Shown: piece by piece, positions 12,467 to 23,230 of the stretch
Position numbering within the stretch: position 1 is the first letter of the stretch
Layout of the letters: every line of letters begins with the position of its first letter
Assembly: GCA_030390025.1 (NCBI GenBank)
Contig: JASTWF010000035.1
Span: forward strand, 1,116,001-1,180,000
Direction: 5' to 3'
DNA from: Squalus acanthias
Taxonomy: Eukaryota
DNA: 64,000 bases
Program-made: the position numbers and the translations under genes
The notes under the pieces: generated by a model
The model's input: only the letters and a program-made list of their open reading frames with translations
What the model was told of the DNA's origin: nothing
The model's database searches: none

Positions 12467-12714
12467 GCTCAGAGTCCCAGGTCTTTGTTCTGCGCTGCCT
12501 TTATCCCCGGTCTCCGACTCTGTTCTTCCCGCAGGTAGTCCGCTCGCTCAGACTCCCAGGTCTCTTCTCCGCGCTGCCTTTATCCCCGGTCTCTGACTCT
12601 GTTCTTCCCGCAGGCAGTCCGCTCGCTCAGACTCCCAGGTCTCTTCTCCGCGCTGCCTTTATCCCCGGTCTCTGACTCTGTTCCTCCCGCAGGTAGTCCG
12701 CTCGCTCAGACTCC
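12467..12714 (-). repeat. 79-bp tandem monomers (~3.1 copies) at the CR1 5' end
   Basis: gctcag(a) unit starts at 12467, 12546, 12625, 12704. Confidence 0.85.
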
Positions 12715-12985
12715 ATTGCTGTGGGTCTGGAGTCACATGTAGGCCAGACCACGTAAGGACGGCAGATTTCCTTCCCTAAAGGACATTAGTGAATCAGATG
12801 GGTTTTTACAACAATCTGGTAGTTTCATGGTTACCATTACTGATACTAGCTTTTTATTCCAGATTTAATTAACTGAATTTAAATTCCCCAGCTGCCGTGG
12901 TGGGATTTGAACTCACGTCTCCAGATCATTAGTCCAAGCCTCTGGATTACTAGCCCAGTAACACAACCACTATGTTACCGTACCC
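12714..12985 (-). mobile_element. 5' half of the same SINE (tRNA head with A/B boxes + central domain resembling the MetaSINE/SlmI type)
   Basis: Minus strand reads gggtacggtaacatagtgg...gagttcaaatccc; rejoins 479-667 across a duplicated 'cat'. Domain name is recalled, not searched. Confidence 0.8.
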
Positions 12986-13370
12986 TGAGAAGATGAGAAT
13001 AGCCTGATTTTACTTGTTGGCACCATTACGATGAACACATGCAGCAACCCAGAGCTACACAGTCAGATGGAAAAGTGAACCTTTCACTCTAAGTCAGACC
13101 ATTCCCGGGAGCAACAATTCTAAAGTGGGAGCTTGTCCTGGATCATGGGCATGGAGACTTGAGTTTGTTTCAAGGAAGATTTCTATTTGATAATTCAGCC
13201 TCATTCTGTCCTTCCGTTGCTGTATTAGTGCTTTGTGCTTTCTCTTAGTGTAACACTCAGTATCTCTCTCACAGGTTCAGACAATGTGTATCTGACATAG
13301 AGCAGTGCTGGAGGACTCTGCCATTCAGCCAAATTCAGTCGAACCTTGTTCCTTTCTTTTTTCCCCACAG

Positions 13371-13449
13371 ACTCCTCTTGCCGAGAGGGTTCCAGGTATC
13401 GCACTATGATTCGAATGGGACTCTGGTGACAGAGCAGGACACTGATCTG
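13371..13449 (+). CDS. ADAM metalloprotease exon (prodomain): xLLLPRGFQVSHYDSNGTLVTEQDTDL
   Basis: Polypyrimidine tract + cag acceptor, gtgagc donor; 79 nt, phase 2 to 0; resembles the ADAM prodomain Y..DG motif; in phase with the next exon. Confidence 0.85.
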
Positions 13450-14715
13450 GTGAGCAATGTCTTGCAAACTGAGTTCAGGCTGAAGCCCATTGTTTTTGAA
13501 ATGCATTGATTGTGGATATATTTTGCTTGTCTTTCTTTTTTCTACTATTTCCTCGGCGCCCCTCTCGCGGGTGCTGATTCCATCGAGCTCCACAGGTGTC
13601 AGGGTCACTCCCATACCTCGCCCTAGTCACCATTCTTCAGACCTTGGCCTAGGCACTGAGTATCAGCACGCTATTCAACAATGAAGACATTGGAACCAAG
13701 ACCGATGCTGTTCTCAACTGTTAGGAATGTATTTTTGTTTTAGTAAATAGAAAAGTGCTGCCGTCCTGGGCCTGTATTGATGATGATTTGAAACGTAGCC
13801 AAACGCCTGGAGGTTCATTAAAGGCAAAATGAACCAACATACTCACGACCAACACCAAGATTACAGAAGATGCAGTCGTGGAAGAACGCACATTACCTTG
13901 CACCTCCACTCATCTCTCTCTATCTACGTTATAACTTCCCCACCTCACTAGCCACCTCTCACACTCACCCTCATCCTAGTCCAATCGTACCAAGTAACAA
14001 CACACAAGGGTAGGCACTTGGGTGTTTTAGCCAATGTTCATGTGAAGTTTCTGTTAATGTGCTGTCAAACATTGAAATATTTATTTTCAACACTTTGCGC
14101 TCTTGGACGGATTTGTGTTCACCTTTGGAAGTGACTTAGTGAGTTGCAGTGAATGGTGAGACATAATGGTATCCCTGCAATGGTGATGAGTGTGAAAGGA
14201 ATGGCTTGGGCATTGTAGGGATGCTTTATGGTGTTGGTGTGGGATGGTGCCAACCTGGCACATCATGTGGCAGCCAGGGTGTACAGCGTCAAGTGATGTA
14301 AATCTGGCCATGGTGAAGCCATCCCTGGCCTCCCAGGTAGCAGTGTGGTCGGGTGCTGATGCCCTGTGTCCTGTGCAGCATCAGTTGATTGCGGAGAAGG
14401 TTCATGTTGTTGTTGGTGCTGCTGATGTTGGGGCTGATCGAGGTGGGATTCTGAGGACCAACGGTGAGATAGTTTCAAGGGCACCGATGCTGATGGAATA
14501 GATGGCAGGTGAAGTTGAGATGACAGAAGCGATCTGTCAATGGTGAGAGAGGTTGTTTCAATGAGGTGACACTGGATAGAGAGTTTGCTCCAAACACTTT
14601 CAAACTGCATAAAGCTCAATCTATCTGCCAAATGCAGTAAACAGTTTCTAACCTTCGAAAGTGAACAGCTATGAAGTGGGAGCTTTTATAGAGCATTTGC
14701 AGCTGTCAAGTTAAG

Positions 14716-17700
14716 AAATCCAGAGGCCTGGACTAATGATCCAGAGACGTGAGTTCAAATCCCACCACGGCAGCTGGGGAATTTAAATTCAGTTAATTAA
14801 ATAAATCTGGAATAATTACTAGTATCAGTAATGGTGACCATGAAACTATCGGATTGTCGTAAAAACCCATCTGGTTCACTAATGTCCTTTGGGGAAGCAA
14901 ATCCGCCGTCGTTACCTGGTCTGGCCTATATGTGACTCCAGACCCACAGCAATGTGGTTGACTCTTACTTGCCCTCTGAAATGGCCTAGCAAGCCACTCA
15001 GTTGTAACAAACCGCTACGAAACACAATAATAAGAATAAAACCGGACGGACCAGCCAGCATCGACCTTGGCACCGGCTACGGACACGGCAATGGCACACC
15101 CAGTCCAGTCAACCCTGCAAAGTCCTCCTCACCAACATCTGGGGACTTGTGCCAAAATTGGGAGAGCTGTCCCACAGACTAGTCAAGCACCAGCCTGACA
15201 TAGTCATACTCACAGAATCATACCTTTCAGCCAATGTCCCAAACTCCTCCATCACCATCCCTGGGTATGTCCTGTCCCACCGGCAGGACAGACCCACCAG
15301 GGGTGGCGGCACAGTGGTGTACAGTCGGGAAGGAGTGGCCCTGGGAGTCCTCAACATTGACTCCAGACCCCATGAAGTCTCATGGCTTCAGGTCAAGCAC
15401 CGGCAAGGAAACCTCCTGCTGATTACCACCTACCGCCCTCCCTCAGCTGATGAATCAGTACTCCGCCATGTTGAACACCACTTGGAAGAAGCACTGAGAG
15501 TAGCAAGGGCGCAGAATGTACTCTGACTGGGGGACTTCAATGTCCATCACCAAGAGTGGCTCGGTAGCACCACTACTGACCGAGCTGGCCGACTCCTGAA
15601 GGACATAGTTGTCAGTCTGGGCCTGCGACAGGTGGTGAGAGAACCAACACGAGGGAAAAACCTACTTGACCTCGTCCTCGCCAATCTACCTGTTGCAGAT
15701 GCATCTGCCCATGACAGTATTGGTAGCAGTGACCACCGCACAGTCATTGTGGAAACAAAGTCCCATCTTCACAATAAGGACATCCTCCATCGTGTTGTGT
15801 GGCACTACCACCATGCTAAATGGGATAGATTCAGAACAAATCTAGCAGCTCAAAACTGGGCATCCATGAGGCACTGTTTGCCATCAGCAGCAGCAGAATT
15901 GTATTCCACCACAATCTGTAACCTCATGGCCTGGCATATCCCTCACTCTACCATTACCATTAAGCCAGGGGACCAACCCTGGTTCAATAAGGAGTGTAGA
16001 AGAGCATGCCAGGAGCAGCACCAGGCGTACCTAAAAATGAGGTGCTAACCTGGGGAAGCTGCAACACAGGACTACATGCATGTTAAATATTGGAAGCAGC
16101 ATGCTATAGACAGGGCTAAGCGATCCCACAATCAACGGATCAGATCAAAGCTCTGCAGTCCCGCCACATCCAGTCGTGAATGGCTCCATGAATATCCCCA
16201 TCCTCAATGATGGTGAAGCCCAGCACGTGCGTGCAAAAGACAAGGCTGAAGCGTTTGCAACCATCTTCAGCCAGAAGTGCCGAGTGGATGATCCATATCG
16301 GCCTCCTCCTGAGGTCCCCACCATCACAGAAGCCAGTTTTCAGCCAATTCGATTCACTCCACTTGATATCAAGAAACGGCTGAGTGCACTGGATACAGCA
16401 AAAGCTATGGGCCCTGACAACATCCCGGCTATTGTGCTGAAGACTTTTGCTCCAGAATTAGCTGCGCCTCTAGCCAAGCTGTTCCAGTACAGCTACAACA
16501 CTGGCATCTATCCGACAATGTGGAAAACTGGCCAGGTGTGTCCTGTCCACAAAAAGCAGGACAAATCCAATTCGGCCAATTACCGCCCCATCAGTCTACT
16601 CTCAATCATCAGCAAAGTGATGGAAGGTGTCATCGACTGTGCTATCAAGCTGCACTTACTCACCAATAGCCTGCTCACTGATGCCCAGTTTGGGTTCCGC
16701 CAAGACCACTCGGCTCCCGAACACATTACAGCCTTGGTCCAAACATGGACAAAGGAGCTGAATTCCAGAGGTGAGGTGAGAGTGACTGCCCTTGACATCA
16801 AGGCAGCATTTGACCGAGTGTGGCATCAAGGAGCCCTAATAAAACTGAAGTCACTGGGAATCAGGGGGAAAACTCTCCACTGGCTGGAGTCATACCTAGC
16901 ACAAAGGAAGATGGTTGTGGTGATTGAAGGTCAATCATCACAGCCCCAGGACATCGCTGCAGGAGTTCCTCAGGGCAGTGTCCTAGGCCCAACCATCTTC
17001 AGCTGCTTCATCAATGAGCTTCCCTCCAACATAACGTCAGAAATGGGGATGTTCGCTGATGACTGCACAGTGTTTAGCGCCATTCACAACTCCTCAGATA
17101 ATGAAGCAGTCCATGCCCGCATGCAACAAGACCTGGACAACATTCAGGCTTGGGCTGATAAGTGGCAGGTAACATTCGCGCCACAGAAGTGCCAGGCAAT
17201 GACTATCTCCAACAAGCGAGAGTCTAAACACCACCCCTTGACATTCAATGGCATTACCATCGCCGAATCCCCCACCATCAACATCCTGGGGGTCACCATT
17301 GACCAGTAACTTAACTGGACCAGCCACATAAATACTGTGGCAACAAGAGCAGGTCAGAGGTTAGGTATTCTGCGGCGAGTGTCTCACCTCCTGACTCCCC
17401 AAAGCCATTCCACCATCTACAAGGCACAAGTCAGGAGTGTGATGGAATACTCTCCACTTGCCTGGATGAGTGCAGCTCCAACAACACTCAAGAAGCTCGA
17501 CACCATCCAGGACAAAGCAGCCCGCTTGATTGACACCCCCTCTACTACCTTAAACATTCACTCCCTCCACCACCGGCGTACTGTGGCTGCAGTGTGTACC
17601 ATCTACAAGATGCACTGCAACAACATGCCAAGGCTTCTTCGGCAGCACCTCCCAAACCCGCGACCTCTTCCACCTAGAAGGACAAGGGCAGCAGGCGCAT

Positions 17701-17955
17701 GGGAACACCACCACCTCAAAGTTCCCCTCCAAGTCACACATCATCCTGACTTAGAAGTATATCGCCGATCCTTCATCGTCGCTGGGTCAAAATCCTGGAT
17801 CTCCCTCCCTAACAGCACAGTGGGAGCACCTTCACCACACGGACTGCAGCGGTTCAAGAAGACGGCTCACCACCACCTTCTCAAGGGCAATTAGGGATGG
17901 GCAATAAATGCTGGCCTTGCCAGCGACGCCCACATCCCATAAAAACAAAAAAAAA
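14716..17955 (+). mobile_element. APE-RT LINE (CR1-group-like, no ORF1) with a tRNA-SINE-type 5' head
   Basis: B box gagttcaaatccc at 14751; ORF pieces 15149-17894 (PDIVILTESYL, GDFN, LDIKAAFDRVWH, GVPQGS, FADD); poly-A tail; aaatc at both ends. Confidence 0.85.
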
Positions 17956-17956
17956 A

Positions 17957-18272
17957 TCATCTCATGCTGACACAACTCCCGACCTCCTTACCTGACGTGA
18001 TCCCCGAGCAGTGGGGAAGCCGTGGGTGAACTCTTAAAATCTAAAGGTGAGCTTAAAATAGTTTTTAAGTGCCTGTTAACTAGCTCTTAATAATCTAAAT
18101 TGCCCCCCCCCCGCCCCTTGCTGTCGGGTCTGTTCAGCAATGACAGACCTGGCATCTGGAAGACTAGCGTGGAGGTGGGTTGACAACGGGTTGCCTACCC
18201 GCTGTCAAAAAAAATTTTTCCGACCCGGCCCGCCACCAAACGCGCCCACTGACCCTCTGAAAAATTCCACCC
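17957..18272. mobile_element. Probable terminus of another Harbinger-like element
   Basis: Ends aaaattccaccc followed by taa, resembling the gggctggatttt MITE termini; the other end was not found. Confidence 0.4.
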
Positions 18273-18726
18273 TAAGAGTAAAGGGGGGAAAAATTCAGTT
18301 GGTTGCGCTTCCCGTTAGCGCCTTAAGAGGGCGCTAATGGGGCGCAAAGCAACTAGCGCCCGGGCGCAGCGATGTTTGCACCACTCGTGAAATTAACTAG
18401 ACATTTTGCGGCGGCGCTAAACTTTACCGCCGCGATCTCCTGCGCACACAGATCTTGACGTCATATGAGGGTGCAACGCCCTTGTGGCGCCCCGGAGCGG
18501 AAATTGAGTGGCGCCCCCATCCTTTCCGCCTGGCGCAACCAACAACCGGAAGACTGGAACGCTCCCCAGTCGCTGTGGGGCTGGGGGTCGCTATTTAAAG
18601 GGGGCCTCTTCCTGTCTTTCTCTGTGGTTGACATTTTTGCACCACTCGTTCTGAGAGAGAGAGAGAGAGATTCGGAGAGAGAGAAAGAGAGACTTCTGCA
18701 TTGAGTCAACGCTGTGTGAGATAGTT

Positions 18727-19939
18727 TTGGCTACTGATCATAACTTTACAGGTACTTTGATTTTTGACCTTCATAACTTTGATTGCCAAGAGACTGTGGG
18801 GGCTGCACTGATTGGGGGCGTCGTCCTGCGCCACCAGAATCGGAGGACACAGAGACGCAGAGAGAGAGTGGCAATCGTGGCCAGACGGAGGAGGGCCAAC
18901 AGGCCTCTGTACAGGAGACCTTACCCTCCCAGGGTGTATCGCCAACAATTCACATATATTAATATGTCTGAGGAGCAGTGTTTGCGAAGGCTGCGCTTCA
19001 GCAAGGAGGTAGTCACTGAGCTCTGCCACCTGCTGCAGCCAGATCTGCAGCCTCAACTGAGGTCCAGGACGTCTCTGTCGGTGGCAGTGAAGATCACAGT
19101 GGCTCTGAACTTTTATGCCACTGGCTCATTTCAATCAGCTACTGGGGACATCGCCAATATCTCCCAGTTCGCGGTGCATTGCTGCATCCGTCAGGTCACA
19201 AATGCCCTCTTTAAAAGGAGACGAGAGTACATCTCTTTCCCCGTGACCCCAGAGAAGCAGCAAGAACGCGCAATGGGCTTTGCTAGGATAGCGGGCTTCC
19301 CCATGGTGCAGGGCGCCATTGACTGCACGCATGTGGCTTTGTGTGCTCCGCATGAGAATGCCGAGGATTTCCGCAACAGAAAGGGGTTCCATTCCTTGAA
19401 CGTTCAGTTGGTCTGTGACCACAGACAGCTGATACTCGCTGTCAATGCCCACTATCCTGGCAGCTGCCACGATGCATTCATCCTGCGCCAGACTACTGTG
19501 GCAGAACTTTTCCAGGCACCGCATCAGCCAGTTGGTTGGCTTCTCGGGGACAAGGGGTATCCATTGAGCACCTGGCTGATGACACCGCTCCGTACGCCCA
19601 ACACCCCTGCTGAGCTGCGGTACAACGAGAGCCATCAAGCTACCAGGAACATCGTTGAGCACACAATCGGTGTGCTCAAGCTTCCGCTGTCTGGACCATT
19701 CTGGAGGAGCCCTGCAGTACTCGCCTGAGCGAGTTTCCCACTTCGTAGTTGTGTGCTGCATGCTGCATAACCTGGCAATCCTCAGGACCCAGCCAATGCC
19801 ACCAGGCCTTGGAGCACCACCAGAGGAGGAGGAGGAAGAGGAGGAGGATGATCATCAGCAGCACCAAGGCGGGAAAGAGGCCCACAATGTAGAAACTGGA
19901 AGGGCCGTCCGTCAACGGCTGATAGCAAGCCGCTTCTAG
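18727..19939 (+). pseudogene. Harbinger (HARBI1-like) DDE transposase, one frameshift near 19680
   Basis: GAIDCTHV, NRKGFHSLNVQLVCD, LGDKGYP, RNIVEHTIGVLK, then FRCLDHSGGALQYSPE..CCMLHN in another frame. Confidence 0.9.
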
Positions 19940-20219
19940 GCCCCTGCTGAGGAAATGGCTTCTGCCATTGAGAACAACATGAATGAAACCAACCCGCAAC
20001 CCCTAAGCCGGCCAAGGCAGCAATGATTCCAAAGACCAAGCATGTACAATTTGAATACAAAAACTTATTTATTTCACAAACTCTGTGTGTGTCATTTCCT
20101 CATGACAAACTAATAGAAAGAAACACAAAAACACAGTCATTAACATAACTGGTTCTCATAACCTGGAGATAATGTTCAAAAGTTTGACCACGAACCTCAG
20201 CCTTTAATAAAAAAATGAC

Positions 20220-22047
20220 CAACATTTTGTCACACCTACTTTTTGCCCTTCGAGGGTGATCTCCTTCCCTTGCGCACTTCCCCCCTTCCCACCCTACTGC
20301 TCCTCCGTAATGGGACCTCAGTGGCTGCAGCAAGGCTGGTGGAAGGCTGCTGATTGTCAGAACCTGAGACTGCAGATGCCCTTGAAGGACGGCCTCGACC
20401 AGCTCTGGGCCTGGAGGGCCCGGCTGCAGACTACACCAACTCTGCATGGGCGGCAACAGTCTGTCCTACAGGCGGCAAGTGCAGTGGAGAAGTGACAGTG
20501 GTGGCAGCAGGAATGCTGTCATCTTGAGAGAGGACAGCAACTCCCTGCTCGACTGACACACTGGCACTCCCACGGGGCAGCACTTCAGCATCTGGAGAAA
20601 TCTGCTGGAGCACAGATTGCTGGCCTGCTGCGGCGCGGTGAGAGCCCCGGGGAAATGTGTACGAACCATTGAGGATGGCAGCAGTCAGTGCTCGCGTGGC
20701 CTTAATATGAGTCTGCAGGAGAGCAGTCAGAGATGGGTTCACGGCAGCCATTGACTGATTGCAGCACTAAACATTTGCGTGGCATCTGCCTGTGCTACAG
20801 CGAAGTGCTCCACACTCCTTGCCAGTGATTCAATGCATTCGGGCACCCTTCGCACTGCACCCATGAGCTCAGTGTGCATGTCCACCGCCTGGGTGTTCAT
20901 TTCAGCGATGAGCCGCTCCTCCTCTGTGTCCAGTGCAGTAGGACTCGCTGGCATACTCTCCCTCCGGGGAGAAGGCCCCCGAGCTTCCCTACCCCCATGG
21001 CATTGCTGCAGCCCGCTGGGTCCTGGAGCTTCACCCTCATCAGACCCTTCCCCCCTGCTCCCCTCCAGGGAAGGCGTGTTCCCAGTGTGGGCATGGGCTT
21101 CCTCGGGAGAGGGTGGTGCTGATGCTCCGCCTTCATCTTCCTCCTCGGCTGCACCTTCACTCCCACTGGCAGCTTGAGGGCCCGTCTCCTCAGCTGGTGA
21201 ATCACCATCTGAAAGCAGGGCAGTACAAGAGTGGCTTTAGCGTGAGGACAGGGGGGCAGTAAGGGAGGAATGAGTGCAGCGATTTAGTAAGTTGGATTGA
21301 AAGTGTCAAAGGCTGGTGTTGTGAGGGAAAAGTGGAAGGACAGAGGACAAAAAGGTGATGACCTTACCATTGCTGTCCAGAATGGGGTCGGCGTCTCCAG
21401 TGGCGACGGGACCGATCACCCGGCTTGCCACAATCCTGTGGACGCGCGCCTCAAGATCGCTGAGGGGTTGCAGCTGAGGCTGCCCTCCACCCGTCCGTTG
21501 CTGCTGTCTCCTATTATGAGATAGCTTGGCCTGCAAGAAAAAGGACGGCGTCTGAGTAAATATACAGCCATGGTCTTGCCTGATGTGCCTCCCATAGGTG
21601 AATAGCCCTTACTGTATGCAGCCATGGTCTTGCCTGATGTGCCTCCCATAGGTGAATAGCCCTTACTGTATGCAAAGTGTGGAATGTGCGTGTGTGTTTC
21701 ATGAGAGGGCCATAGGTTTTGGATGAGTGTTGTGCATTGGGGTTTTAAGACCCTCTGGCCATAGAGTGAGGTTGAGATGGAGGGATGGAGAGGTATTGAA
21801 AAAAAGCCACTCACCCTGACGATCCGAGTGAGGTCGTTGAACTTTTTTCGACATTGTATATGGGTCCTGGACACCATGCTCCTGGAGGAGACGCTCTGAG
21901 CCACCTCCCTCCACACTCTTCTGTACTCGCGCGGCAAAGGCCTCCTGCCACTCTCGGAAGAGTATAGATCTTCTGCGCTCCACCGTGCCAACCAGAGCAT
22001 CCAAGGCCCGCTCGCTGAAGCGCTGAGCTCGTTCTCACCCTCTCCAT
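20220..22047 (-). pseudogene. Harbinger Myb/SANT-like (trihelix) DNA-binding protein, 3 exons (22047-21815, 21530-21368, 21208-~20220), with indels
   Basis: RRVWREVAQSVSSRSMVSRTHIQCRKKFNDL | AKLSHNRRQQQRTGGG; gtgagt/gtaagg donors and ttgcag/tttcag acceptors; 3' end approximate. Confidence 0.8.
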
Positions 22048-22408
22048 AGTCCTTGGCTGGAAGATTTAGGCACAGGTCTCTCCAGACCGAGATTCAAGGC
22101 TCCAATGAGCAGGGTGTGGCTGGAGTGCAAGATCGACCCTCCCCTTTAAGAACTGTCCAGCGCCAGTGTGTCTGTGTTCCATCGCTAACTGACAGCACCT
22201 GCGCTGCGCCCGCGCTCTGAGTTAGCGCCTCGCTCCTCGGCCTTTGCACCTTAAGACAGGTGTGTAGCGCCTGATTTAGCGCTCCAATCACCTCCAGGGG
22301 CGATAAAAGTCAAGTTTGCAGTCGGAGGCGATAATTTGCGCCAGGCGCCAATCTTTGCGCCCGGCCGATAATTGCGCCCCAAATGGGGCGATACTGGATT
22401 TCTCCCCC

Positions 22409-23006
22409 AAGAAGTTTTACTACAATTACAGGGCATTGGTGAGGCCACACCTGGAGTACTGTATACAGTTCTGGTCTCCTTACCGAAGGAAGGATATACT
22501 TGCCATAGAGGGAGTGCAACGAAGTTCACTAGACTGGTTCCTGGGATGAGGGGATTGCCCTTTGAGGAGAGTTTGAGTAGACTAGGCCTATATTCCTTAG
22601 AGTTTAGAAGTATGAGACGTGATCTCATTGAAACATATAAAATTCTTAAGGGGCTTGACAGGGTTAATGCTGAGAAAATGTTTCCCCAGGCTCGGAAATC
22701 TAGAACACGGGGTCACAGTCTCAGAATAAGGGGCCGGCCATTTAGGACTGAGATGAGGAGAAATTTCTTCATTCAAAGGGTTGTGAATCTTTGGAATTCT
22801 CTACCCCAAAGAGCTGTGGATGCTCATTCGTTGAGCATATTCAACAGAGGTCGATAATTTTTTGGGAACTAAGGGAATTAAGGGATATGGGGATAGTGCG
22901 TGAAGGTGGAGTTGAGGTAGAAGATCAGCCATGATCTTGTTGAATGGCGGTGCAGGCTTGAGGGGCCGAATGGCCTACTCCTGCTCCTGTTTCTTATATT
23001 CTTATG
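22409..23006 (+). mobile_element. CR1 3' fragment (host of the Harbinger)
   Basis: RPHLEYC..FWSP motif, CR1 3' hairpin and ttcttat tail. Confidence 0.85.
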
Positions 23007-23230
23007 TACCTCCTTTATCATGACTTGCTCCTTTATTTTACGCCTGTACTAGCAGTCCTGTCCCTGTGGCCTGCTGCTGTGTATCAGAATAGAGAACAGC
23101 AGCCTGCATTAACACATCAAACGTCGCATTAATATCAGAGAGAATACTGACTCAGCCCTTACACAATGGCTAGTCTCAACAGTAACTACGGAGCATGGTT
23201 CTGGGGTCAGGGGCCACTATGAGGGTCCAC

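Larger units (their letters stand above)
668..12713 (-). mobile_element. Degenerate near full-length CR1 (atgactct tail; ORF2 pieces 6045-8603; esterase ORF1 pieces; 5' monomers) hosting several younger inserts
   Basis: ORFs 6327-7712, 7743-8093, 8202-8603 and 8605-8874 are collinear CR1 RT/APE/esterase pieces; the host sequence rejoins across each insert. Confidence 0.8.
18284..22408 (+). mobile_element. Full-length PIF/Harbinger DNA transposon (mildly degenerate)
   Basis: Imperfect TIRs gggggaaaaattcagt / actggatttctccccc; 3-bp TSD aag; CR1 host rejoins (aagagtaaagaagttttactacaa = KSKEVLLQ); convergent transposase and Myb genes. Confidence 0.93.

Noticed and set aside
12900..12985. Bona fide tRNA gene
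   Set aside because: A/B boxes are present but continue into a SINE body and tail; no complete cloverleaf recognised.
14820..15000. Deu domain as the central domain of the SINE-headed LINE
   Set aside because: The Deu-like motif occurs instead in the separate SINE at 46332-46738; this domain is a different sequence.
18727..19939. Domesticated host HARBI1 gene
   Set aside because: It is flanked by TIRs and a TSD, paired with a Myb gene, frameshifted and inserted into a CR1, so it is a transposon copy.
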